From sequence record PZ618369.1: a DNA stretch of 39,474 nucleotides. One strand, written 5' to 3'. Of this stretch, positions 1 through 7,148 are shown one piece after another (positions within the stretch are counted from its first letter, which is position 1; each line of letters begins with the position of its first letter). Both the position numbers and the translations under genes were made by a program. The notes under the pieces are model-generated. The model saw nothing but the letters and a program-made list of their open reading frames with translations, had not been told where the DNA came from and searched no databases. The DNA is from a phage.

Positions 1-159
1 ATGGCAAAGACCAAAGCTGTGCTTAAAGCTCTGGTGACCAACCGAGCTACATACAGGTTTCTTGCTGCTGTTCTACTTGCTGCTGGCGTTACTGCTGGAA
101 GTAAGTGGGTCGGGTGGGTCGAGACTCTCGTATGCTCTCTGGTCTCTCAGTGTAATTAA
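1..159 (+). CDS. small hydrophobic protein at the gene 19.5 position (52 aa)
   Basis: ATG at window position 1, translated by hand to a 52-aa ORF with a central hydrophobic segment (LAAVLLAAGVTAG); an AGGAGG ribosome-binding site sits at 39460-39465 if the window is circular; position after gene 19 matches T7 gene 19.5. Confidence 0.4.
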   Translation: MAKTKAVLKALVTNRATYRFLAAVLLAAGVTAGSKWVGWVETLVCSLVSQCN

Positions 160-192
160 TGCAATCATGGTAACGATTCATGAGCGGAAGAC

Positions 193-235
193 CTAAGGTC
201 AGTACGTGGATAAAGACTCACTCTACTGACCTTAG
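193..235. repeat. perfect 12-bp inverted repeat (CTAAGGTCAGTA / TACTGACCTTAG), 19-nt spacer
   Basis: read directly from sequence. Confidence 0.7.
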
Positions 236-352
236 CTACTGTAGTCAAGGACTTTAGGTAACACCATTCAGGCTAACCTATGGTCTACCTACTGATTGGT
301 TCACTGGTCGTCATCCGATGGTCTCAGACCTACGGTCCTTGACCTACAGTAG
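236..352. repeat. imperfect 17/18-bp inverted repeat (CTACTGTAGTCAAGGAC ... GTCCTTGACCTACAGTAG) enclosing about 80 nt
   Basis: read directly from sequence; arms at 236-252 and 335-352. Confidence 0.55.
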
Positions 353-405
353 CTGGGTCCTTAAGGTAGGGACGATGAGTTTTGGACCAAAAGTTTGAGA
401 CCACA

Positions 406-600
406 TCTCACAGTTCAAGAACCTCAAGTCTCCCCATAGGCCTCCTTCAGTCCAGACCAAAGGCCATACCCCAGTCTATCATAAGGTTGGACAGATGGTC
501 AATACTTCAGGTCAACGATAGGTCATGACGATAGGTGGTGGTGGAGACGATAGGTAGGGACTATGGGTCTGTCTCTGAGTCTCCATCTGTATAACCATAA
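406..600. repeat. putative genome left terminus and direct terminal repeat (extent uncertain)
   Basis: TCTCACAGTT...CCCCATAGG at 406 onward resembles the T7 left-end sequence TCTCACAGTGTACGG...CCCCCATAGGGGG as I recall it; followed by CTCTGAGTCTCCATCTGT similar to the end of the T7 terminal repeat. Confidence 0.3.
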
Positions 601-740
601 GTCACTAACCATAGGTCCTACAACCATAGGTCCTACAACCATAGGTCCTACAACCATAGGTCCTACAACCTACAGTCTCAACCATAAGACACCAACACCT
701 ACAGTCATAGACCTACAGTTAATAGACACACAGCTATAGA
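585..740. repeat. tandem short-repeat array: four perfect 15-bp copies of CCATAGGTCCTACAA at 609-668 with degenerate flanking copies
   Basis: read directly from sequence; analogous to the short-repeat array after the left terminal repeat of T7. Confidence 0.8.
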
Positions 741-830
741 CTTAAGGTCAAAGACATGATAGTCAAAGACTATATCCTCTTACACCATGAGGCCGACGAT
801 AGCTTAATCAATATTATTTCAAATTACCTA

Positions 831-861
831 TTGACTATAGGTCTAGACTATGGCCTAATAG
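831..861 (+). promoter_or_regulatory. possible sigma70 early promoter (A1-like), weak -10
   Basis: TTGACT at 831-836; candidate -10 CTAATA/TAATAG 17-19 bp downstream. Confidence 0.3.
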
Positions 862-971
862 CTTCCGTCAACACGACACGGCAACAACCGGATAGTGAAG
901 ACGCCGGGTCATCCCGGTTAAGTAGACAGCCTGATAAGTCATACGAACAACAGGCAGATGACAGAAAGTAG

Positions 972-1008
972 TTGACAAGATGTACCGACTTAAAGTAGTA
1001 TGTACCAC
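972..1008 (+). promoter_or_regulatory. sigma70 early promoter (T7 A3-like)
   Basis: TTGACA at 972-977, TAGTAT 18 bp downstream, followed by GTACCACAT as in T7 A3 as recalled. Confidence 0.55.
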
Positions 1009-1123
1009 ATCGAAACAACAGTGATGACCAACACTGAAATGGTCTACCTGAAGTCCTCTGACTGAAGGGAATGCTCTTTAACAATCTGGATAACTCTTAA
1101 TGTGCGCCGATAGCGACTAACTA

Positions 1124-1178
1124 CAGGGTCTTTGAGTCTACCGCGAGACGGGCTTGACTTGAGCGACTGAAGGCCCTG
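1124..1178 (+). promoter_or_regulatory. imperfect hairpin, candidate RNase III processing site (R0.3-like)
   Basis: arms CAGGGTCTTTGAGTC and GACTGAAGGCCCTG; preceded by GCTCTTTAACAATCTGG, identical to the T7 sequence upstream of gene 0.3 as recalled. Confidence 0.4.
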
Positions 1179-1216
1179 ACTGATAGTCACTACTAACTAA
1201 CTAAAGGATACACATC

Positions 1217-1669
1217 ATGATTTACACTAACGAACCAGCCAACGTCTTCTATGTGCTCGTGTCTGCCGCTCGTGCTGAACATAGCGATACGCAAAACATG
1301 GTACGCCAGTTAGACCTTAAGGCGCTGCTGCAAGCCGAACCTGAATACTACGGCGTACTTGAGTGTACGGGTCTTGAGGGATGCTACCGCGAAGAGGGTC
1401 AGGACGCTGTAAGCACTGAGCGGACCTACCGTGTGCGCTGTGAGAAGCGCGCTCAGGCAATCAACGTGGCTCGTCTGGCCTGTAACGACTTTGAGCAAGA
1501 CTGCGTGATGGTCTACAAGTCTCAGACTCACACGGCTGGACTGATGTTCTGCAAGGGGCTGGACGGCTACAAGACTACACGTCTGAACGGGTCATTCCAG
1601 CAGGTCGATGCGCCTAAAGGTGAATGCTACACGAAAGATGCTGAAGGTCGCTTCTGGGAGGTGGTGTAA
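1217..1669 (+). CDS. 0.3: S-adenosylmethionine hydrolase/lyase (T3-type anti-restriction protein)
   Basis: 150-aa ORF; MIYTNEPANVFYVLVSA...TGLEGCYRE...VRCEKRAQAINVARLACN...CVMVYKSQTHTAGL closely matches recalled T3 SAMase; first gene after the early promoters. Confidence 0.85.
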   Translation: MIYTNEPANVFYVLVSAARAEHSDTQNMVRQLDLKALLQAEPEYYGVLECTGLEGCYREEGQDAVSTERTYRVRCEKRAQAINVARLACNDFEQDCVMVYKSQTHTAGLMFCKGLDGYKTTRLNGSFQQVDAPKGECYTKDAEGRFWEVV

Positions 1670-1896
1670 TGTCTAAGGTCAAAGACGTAGTGTCCTCTCG
1701 CACTCACAAGCTGGCTGAGAGCTGGCTTAGTGTCAGAATTGAGACGGATGTAGATAATTGCAAGTGGGTGACGATAGTCTCTCACATCCACCTAAATCAG
1801 GAGACTCTCCTGCCGCACTGTTACAGCCATGAGTTCACAGACTCTGAGATACTGCGTGACAGTGACTTCCTGAAATACTATGCGAGGTTCCGCTAA
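1669..1896 (+). CDS. hypothetical early protein (75 aa)
   Basis: ORF start overlaps the gene 0.3 stop (TAATG); early-region position. Confidence 0.5.
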   Translation: MSKVKDVVSSRTHKLAESWLSVRIETDVDNCKWVTIVSHIHLNQETLLPHCYSHEFTDSEILRDSDFLKYYARFR

Positions 1897-1897
1897 T

Positions 1898-2023
1898 ATG
1901 TACACGATAAGCTATAGCAGCGAGCAGGCGTTCTACGATGGTCTCGTGGAGCTGATGAAGCGCGGGGCCTGCTACACGGCTAACCACCATGCGCTGACCA
2001 TAACGCTGACAGGTGGATACTAA
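1898..2023 (+). CDS. hypothetical small early protein (41 aa)
   Basis: ATG 2 nt after the preceding stop; hand translation MYTISYSSEQAFYDGLVELMKRGACY...; no homology evidence. Confidence 0.25.
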   Translation: MYTISYSSEQAFYDGLVELMKRGACYTANHHALTITLTGGY

Positions 2024-2046
2024 TAGGTTTACGAGTGCCAGACTAC

Positions 2047-2070
2047 AGGTCCTTTGACTGAAGGGCCTGA
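2047..2070 (+). promoter_or_regulatory. hairpin (9-bp stem, 6-nt loop), candidate RNase III site upstream of gene 0.7
   Basis: CAGGTCCTT-TGACTG-AAGGGCCTG; same sequence family as the element at 1124-1178. Confidence 0.35.
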
Positions 2071-2108
2071 CTGATTGTCACTTAACCACATGAGAAGGAA
2101 ACAACCGT

Positions 2109-2843
2109 ATGAACGCACACGATAAAGTAATCATGAACAACCTTATGTCTCAGCTTCACGCTATCATCTGCGAGGAGTGCTACAAGATTGAAGCCTCTTG
2201 CGCTGGCATAGCAGGTCAGCCACGCTGGAGAGCCTTTGAGATACTGGCACGGGAACATGGTTACAAGCTGTTAGGCTTAGGGCATTTCGCTGCCGCCTTT
2301 GAGCATGAGGACCTTCCGGGATATGCAATCAAGGTGGGCTTTAAGAAGGACGACTCAGGCGCTGCATATGCGGCATTCTGCCGAGAGAATGAGGGAATGG
2401 CTGGACTTCCAGTCATCCATCTTGTCAAGCGATTTAGCAGGGCGTACATGGTGGCTATGGATAAGTACCGCTCACTGGATGAAATTGGCGGGGACTACTG
2501 CCGGGACGGTGAGACCTATGAACAGCGAGTCTTAAACGTGTCGTGGCGTGTAGTAAACGCGGTGATAGACCACTGCGAGATGCCGTCAACCGCGCTGTAT
2601 TGGTGGCTGGATAGTGCGGCCCGCTCTGAGTTCGCTTACTTAGAGGCCCAGTACATTAAAGACCTTGCGCAGACTGCACGTAAGATTCATACGTTCTTCT
2701 ACGGTCTGGCATCGTTCGACACGCACCGGGCTAACGTGATGGTAGATAACAGCGGGCGCTTGATAATCACTGACCCAGTGTCTTGGACTCAGGCAGACCA
2801 TCAAGACGAGTTGCAAGGCATACTCAACACAATAGCTGAGTGA
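2109..2843 (+). CDS. 0.7: serine/threonine protein kinase gp0.7, kinase domain only (244 aa)
   Basis: GLGHFAAAFEHEDLPGYAIKVGFKKDDSGAAYAAFCR matches recalled T7 gp0.7 (GNGHFSAAYSH...[20 protein letters not shown]); about 115 aa shorter than T7 gp0.7. Confidence 0.85.
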   Translation: MNAHDKVIMNNLMSQLHAIICEECYKIEASCAGIAGQPRWRAFEILAREHGYKLLGLGHFAAAFEHEDLPGYAIKVGFKKDDSGAAYAAFCRENEGMAGLPVIHLVKRFSRAYMVAMDKYRSLDEIGGDYCRDGETYEQRVLNVSWRVVNAVIDHCEMPSTALYWWLDSAARSEFAYLEAQYIKDLAQTARKIHTFFYGLASFDTHRANVMVDNSGRLIITDPVSWTQADHQDELQGILNTIAE

Positions 2844-2909
2844 TAGACGAGAGGCCACTACATCTAGTGGTCTCAAAGATTATTTCTCACAACATATAGG
2901 AGCGTCGCC

Positions 2910-3071
2910 ATGAAAGCATTGTTAACTTACATCACAATCATCGCACTCTGGGTTACTGCTGTGGCTACCGATGGCAATGCTGGTCACTGGGGCTGGCTGG
3001 CGGTCGACATCATTATGTCGCCTGTAGGAGTGGTGCGCGGCCTGCTGATTCTCTTCGGGCTTGCGGGATGA
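2910..3071 (+). CDS. small membrane protein (53 aa, two predicted TM segments)
   Basis: hand translation MKALLTYITIIALWVTAVATDG...VVRGLLILFGLAG; RBS TAGGAG upstream; stop overlaps next start (ATGA). Confidence 0.45.
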   Translation: MKALLTYITIIALWVTAVATDGNAGHWGWLAVDIIMSPVGVVRGLLILFGLAG

Positions 3072-3268
3072 TTATGGGCTGGGCACTTCTGGTCATCGGC
3101 TACGGGTTAATACTCGCAGTCCTCACGAAAGACATCGTGAAAGCACGTAAAGTCTACCGCTTCCAGTATGTATCGCTGGGGCGCTGGACTGTACGTCAAC
3201 CTAACGGACGATTCATGCGCAACCTCGCGAACGTCTGGGATATAGCAACTCTTGGGAGCAAACTGTAA
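3068..3268 (+). CDS. small membrane protein (66 aa, N-terminal TM segment)
   Basis: ORF track; N-terminus MIMGWALLVIGYGLILAVL is hydrophobic; translationally coupled to both neighbours. Confidence 0.5.
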   Translation: MIMGWALLVIGYGLILAVLTKDIVKARKVYRFQYVSLGRWTVRQPNGRFMRNLANVWDIATLGSKL

Positions 3269-3594
3269 TGAACAAGGCATACGGGATTAATCTGGTACAC
3301 TCTATGGACGCAGACCTTAATCTGCTTTCAGCACTGGCTACGGGCTACCGTCACGGGACCTCAAGTCACACCATTCGTCAACAGCAGGAGCGCGACCGGG
3401 TGCTACAAGTAAGACTCCGGGCTGAGGGCCATAAGTCCGAGCTGATGTGTCTGGCGTATGGTGGACGACCAATCACCGACGATGGTAAACTTCTGGTCTC
3501 AGGCTGGAAGGCGATAGACCAACGGTCAACCATCAAGCACACGACTCGCGGTGACTTCAGTCATCTTCACGCTAACCCTCTGATATGCAAGTAA
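3268..3594 (+). CDS. hypothetical protein (108 aa)
   Basis: ORF track; start overlaps preceding stop (TAATG); no recognisable motif. Confidence 0.55.
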   Translation: MNKAYGINLVHSMDADLNLLSALATGYRHGTSSHTIRQQQERDRVLQVRLRAEGHKSELMCLAYGGRPITDDGKLLVSGWKAIDQRSTIKHTTRGDFSHLHANPLICK

Positions 3595-3602
3595 TTCTGA
3601 CT

Positions 3603-3621
3603 TAACTATCACTATAGGACT
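3603..3621 (+). promoter_or_regulatory. phage RNAP promoter upstream of gene 1 (TTAACTATCACTATAGGAC), +1 G near 3617
   Basis: matches the window's own promoter consensus. Confidence 0.6.
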
Positions 3622-3691
3622 CAAGGTCTAAGACTCCAAGTGAAAGACCAAAGAGACTTTAAGTGAAAGACTAATAACAAGGACTTTAAGT

Positions 3692-6373
3692 ATGAGCGTC
3701 ATCTCTATTGACAAACACGACTTCTCTGACGTGTCGAATGCCATTGAGCCATTTAACCTGCTGGCTGACCACTACGGGCAAGACCTTGCAGTCAAGCAGC
3801 TTCAGCTTGAGCATGAGGCATACACTGAAGGCGAGCGACGTTTCATCAAGAACCTTGAGCGCCAGACTGAGCGCGGGGAACTGGCAGACAATCAGGTCGC
3901 CAAGCCTTTGATGCAGACTCTGGTCCCTAAGATTGCGCAAGCCGTCAAGGAGTGGCACGAAGGAAAAGACGGGAAGCTGTCAACCTCTCGCCCAAGCGTA
4001 GCGTTTACCATGCTGAGCACTGATGAGAAGGCTGTCAAAGACCGCTCTCTGCTCATCTCCTGTGGGTCTGCTGCGGTTATCATACTGAAGGTCATCCTCT
4101 CCAAGCTGGTCAAGCCTGAAGGGATACCGATTACACCGATGGCCTCAGCGATAGGCCGCACACTTGAAGATGAAATCCGCTTCGGTCGCATTCGTGACAA
4201 GGAGCGGGAGCACTTCAAGAAGGCGATAGCTGAGAACCTGAACAAGCGAGCCGGGGCATCCTACAAGAAAGCCTACATGCAAGCGGTTGAAACCTCCATG
4301 CTGGAGCAGGGTCAACTGGAAGATGCGTGGGGAAATTGGAGTCCTACCGAGGCGGTACACGTTGGCATCAAGATGCTTGAGATTGTCATCCAGTCTACAC
4401 AACTTGTCGAGCTTAAGCGTTATGGTGCTGGCAATGCATCGGCTGACGTTGAGATGGTCCACCTGTCAGACTTCTGGGTAAAGAAGATGGCACAACGTGG
4501 ATTCAGCCTCGCGGGTATCGCGCCAGTATATCAACCTTGCGTAGTACCACCTAAGCCGTGGACTGGTGTCGTGGGTGGTGGGTATTGGGCCAAAGGTCGC
4601 AGACCGTTGCCGCTGATTCGATTAGGGTCTAAGTCTGCGGTGGCACGTTACGAAGACGTGTACATGCCTGAAGTCTACGACGCTGTGAACATCATTCAGA
4701 ATACACCTTGGAAAGTGAACAAGAAGGTTCTGGACGTGGTGAACATGGTCGAGAAGCTGAACAACACACCTATTAAAGACATCCCGCAAATGGAACCACT
4801 GAAGCCTGAGGACTATGCAGGTGAGACTGAAGAGGAACTCAAGGCATGGAAGAAAGCTGCTGCTGGTATCTATCGTCGCGAGAAGGCCCGAAAGTCACGC
4901 AGATTGTCACTGAGCTTTATCGTTAACCAAGCGAACAAGTTTTCTCAGTTTAAGGCCATCTGGTTTCCGTACAACATGGATTGGCGAGGTCGCGTCTACG
5001 CTGTACCGATGTTCAACCCTCAGGGTAACGACATGCAAAAAGGCCTCCTGACTCTTGCGGTCGGCAAGCCTATTGGTTCCGATGGCTTCAAATGGCTGAA
5101 GGTACACGGTGCAAACTGTGCGGGTGTAGATAAAGTAACCTTCGAGGAGCGCATTAAGTGGGTGGAAGACAACCATGACAACATCATGGCTACCGCTAAA
5201 GCACCGATGGATAGCATTGAGTGGTGGGGCAAGTTAGGCTCCCCGTTCTGCTTCCTTGCGTTCTGCTTCGAGTATGCTGGCGTAATGCATCACGGATTGT
5301 CTTACTCATGCTCGCTGCCGATAGCGTTCGATGGGTCATGCTCTGGGATTCAGCACTTCAGCGCGATGCTTCGTGACCACATCGGTGGACATGCAGTAAA
5401 CCTGACGCCTTCCGGTAAGGTCCAAGACATCTACCGCATCGTGTCTGACCGCATTGAGGAGGAACTTAAAGTCCTGCTGGTTAACGGTACGGACAACGAG
5501 ATGGTGACTCAAGAGGACAAGAAAACAGGTGAGATTACCGAGCGTCTTAAGCTGGGGACACGAGAGCTTGCGCGCCAGTGGCTTACCTATGGTATGTCAC
5601 GAGAGGTCACTAAGCGTTCGGTCATGACTCTGGCATACGGGTCGAAAGAGTATGGATTCGCAGACCAAGTGTACGAGGATATCGTGATGCCAGCGATTGA
5701 CTCAGGGTCTGGCGCTATGTTCACCGAGCCAAGCCAAGCATCTCGCTTCATGGCTAAGATGATTTGGGAAGCTGTTAGTGTGACCGTAGTTGCTGCGGTT
5801 GATGCGATGAAGTGGCTTCAAGGTGCTGCCAAGCTGCTGGCTGCTGAAGTGAGTGACAAGAAGACAGGCGAAATCCTGAAGCCGTGCCTTCCTGTACATT
5901 GGGTCACACCCGATGGTTTCCCGGTCTGGCAGGAATACCGAAAGAAAGATACCACTCGTCTGAACCTGATGTTCTTAGGGTCATTCAACCTTCAGCCTAC
6001 CGTCAACAGAGGCACGAAGAAAGAGTTGGACAAGCACAAGCAGGAGTCAGGCATTAGCCCGAACTTCGTCCACTCACAAGATGGTAGCCACCTCCGCAAG
6101 ACTGTAGTCCACACGCACCGCAAGTATGGCGTGATGTCCTTCGCAGTGATTCACGATAGCTTCGGGACCATCCCGGCTGACGCTGAGTATCTGTTCCGTG
6201 GCGTCCGTGAGACGATGGTAGAGACCTACCGCGACAACGATGTGCTGCTTGACTTCTACGAGCAGTTTGAATACCAGCTTCACGAGAGCCAGCGCGACAA
6301 GTTGCCTGAGCTTCCGAAGAAAGGTAAACTGAATATCGAAGACATCTTGTCTTCAGACTTTGCATTTGCTTAA
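3692..6373 (+). CDS. 1: DNA-directed RNA polymerase, single subunit (893 aa)
   Basis: palm motifs and C-terminus ...HDSFGTIPADA...ILSSDFAFA match recalled T7 RNAP; size and position. Confidence 0.97.
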   Translation: MSVISIDKHDFSDVSNAIEPFNLLADHYGQDLAVKQLQLEHEAYTEGERRFIKNLERQTERGELADNQVAKPLMQTLVPKIAQAVKEWHEGKDGKLSTSRPSVAFTMLSTDEKAVKDRSLLISCGSAAVIILKVILSKLVKPEGIPITPMASAIGRTLEDEIRFGRIRDKEREHFKKAIAENLNKRAGASYKKAYMQAVETSMLEQGQLEDAWGNWSPTEAVHVGIKMLEIVIQSTQLVELKRYGAGNASADVEMVHLSDFWVKKMAQRGFSLAGIAPVYQPCVVPPKPWTGVVGGGYWAKGRRPLPLIRLGSKSAVARYEDVYMPEVYDAVNIIQNTPWKVNKKVLDVVNMVEKLNNTPIKDIPQMEPLKPEDYAGETEEELKAWKKAAAGIYRREKARKSRRLSLSFIVNQANKFSQFKAIWFPYNMDWRGRVYAVPMFNPQGNDMQKGLLTLAVGKPIGSDGFKWLKVHGANCAGVDKVTFEERIKWVEDNHDNIMATAKAPMDSIEWWGKLGSPFCFLAFCFEYAGVMHHGLSYSCSLPIAFDGSCSGIQHFSAMLRDHIGGHAVNLTPSGKVQDIYRIVSDRIEEELKVLLVNGTDNEMVTQEDKKTGEITERLKLGTRELARQWLTYGMSREVTKRSVMTLAYGSKEYGFADQVYEDIVMPAIDSGSGAMFTEPSQASRFMAKMIWEAVSVTVVAAVDAMKWLQGAAKLLAAEVSDKKTGEILKPCLPVHWVTPDGFPVWQEYRKKDTTRLNLMFLGSFNLQPTVNRGTKKELDKHKQESGISPNFVHSQDGSHLRKTVVHTHRKYGVMSFAVIHDSFGTIPADAEYLFRGVRETMVETYRDNDVLLDFYEQFEYQLHESQRDKLPELPKKGKLNIEDILSSDFAFA

Positions 6374-6385
6374 CAGGAGATAGTT

Positions 6386-6586
6386 ATGAAATTTGCACAC
6401 AAGCAGACTGGCGTTAATGGTGGGACTCAAATCGTGACCGTAACAGAACACAACGGGAAGGGTCTGGTGAAGACCACGGTCATCCCCACCGAGATGTCAA
6501 AGCAGCTTAACGTCCCGTTCAAGTGGCTGGTTAAGCAGGTTGAGCAGACACACGAGCAAGCTCTTAAAGAGGCGGCAACCAAATGA
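6386..6586 (+). CDS. hypothetical protein (66 aa), gene 1.05 region
   Basis: ORF track; lies between gene 1 and the phi1.1-type promoter where T7 has no gene. Confidence 0.55.
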   Translation: MKFAHKQTGVNGGTQIVTVTEHNGKGLVKTTVIPTEMSKQLNVPFKWLVKQVEQTHEQALKEAATK

Positions 6587-6660
6587 CAGACCTACAGTTA
6601 CTGGCCCTGTGGCTGGGAGCACTAGCAGTATTCACTCTAATCCAACGCAGAAGAGGTTAA
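6583..6660 (+). CDS. possible small hydrophobic peptide (25 aa)
   Basis: hand translation MTDLQLLALWLGALAVFTLIQRRRG; ATGA overlap with preceding ORF; very short, speculative. Confidence 0.2.
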   Translation: MTDLQLLALWLGALAVFTLIQRRRG

Positions 6661-6664
6661 CCCT

Positions 6665-7144
6665 ATGTTTGGTAAGTCAAAACTCAAAGCACAAATCAAA
6701 GAGTTGAGCATGAAGGCGGCATACTTGGAGCGAGTAGTAATAGTCATGGATAAGGACAACGAGAGGCTGAAGGTTAAACTTGCTGAATCAGAGCGTAAGC
6801 GCCTAACACCACCAGCGGCTGTATTTAGCAAGCGTATGGTAGGCATCAAGTTCAAGGCACTGTTCAACGGGATGTACCAACCGACTGAGTTCAAGACTGG
6901 ACCGGGTAACTGCGGTAAGAACGTTAAGCACTTCACAACATCGAAGACTGAGCGCACTATTACCATTCACCAGCACCACGTAGACGGGTCTCAGAAAGAC
7001 TTTGAGTATCGACTGAGCGACATCGACGGTCGAATCCAGTATGACTACGAGCTGGTTAAGGTCTATGGTGAGGAGGCTGAACAGGAACGTATAAACCAAG
7101 TCTTCCGCAACAGACAGCGCTTACACCCTAAACTATCACTATAG
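6665..7144 (+). CDS. hypothetical protein (159 aa), heptad-like charged N-terminus (possible coiled coil)
   Basis: ORF track; stop codon TAG lies inside the following promoter (CACTATAGG). Confidence 0.55.
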   Translation: MFGKSKLKAQIKELSMKAAYLERVVIVMDKDNERLKVKLAESERKRLTPPAAVFSKRMVGIKFKALFNGMYQPTEFKTGPGNCGKNVKHFTTSKTERTITIHQHHVDGSQKDFEYRLSDIDGRIQYDYELVKVYGEEAEQERINQVFRNRQRLHPKLSL

Positions 7145-7148
7145 GATT
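7129..7148 (+). promoter_or_regulatory. phage RNAP promoter (phi1.1-type), TAAACTATCACTATAGGA, +1 G near 7144
   Basis: consensus match. Confidence 0.75.

Noticed and set aside
609-668. Tandem repeats considered as a possible CRISPR array
   Set aside because: Repeats are 15 bp, directly abutting with no spacers, and no cas genes are present; this is a T7-type terminal short-repeat array.
756-971. 71-aa + strand ORF in the early promoter region
   Set aside because: It overlaps the repeat array and sigma70 promoter elements and lies upstream of the likely transcription start; its tail (KSYEQQADDRK) is read through promoter sequence. Probably non-coding.
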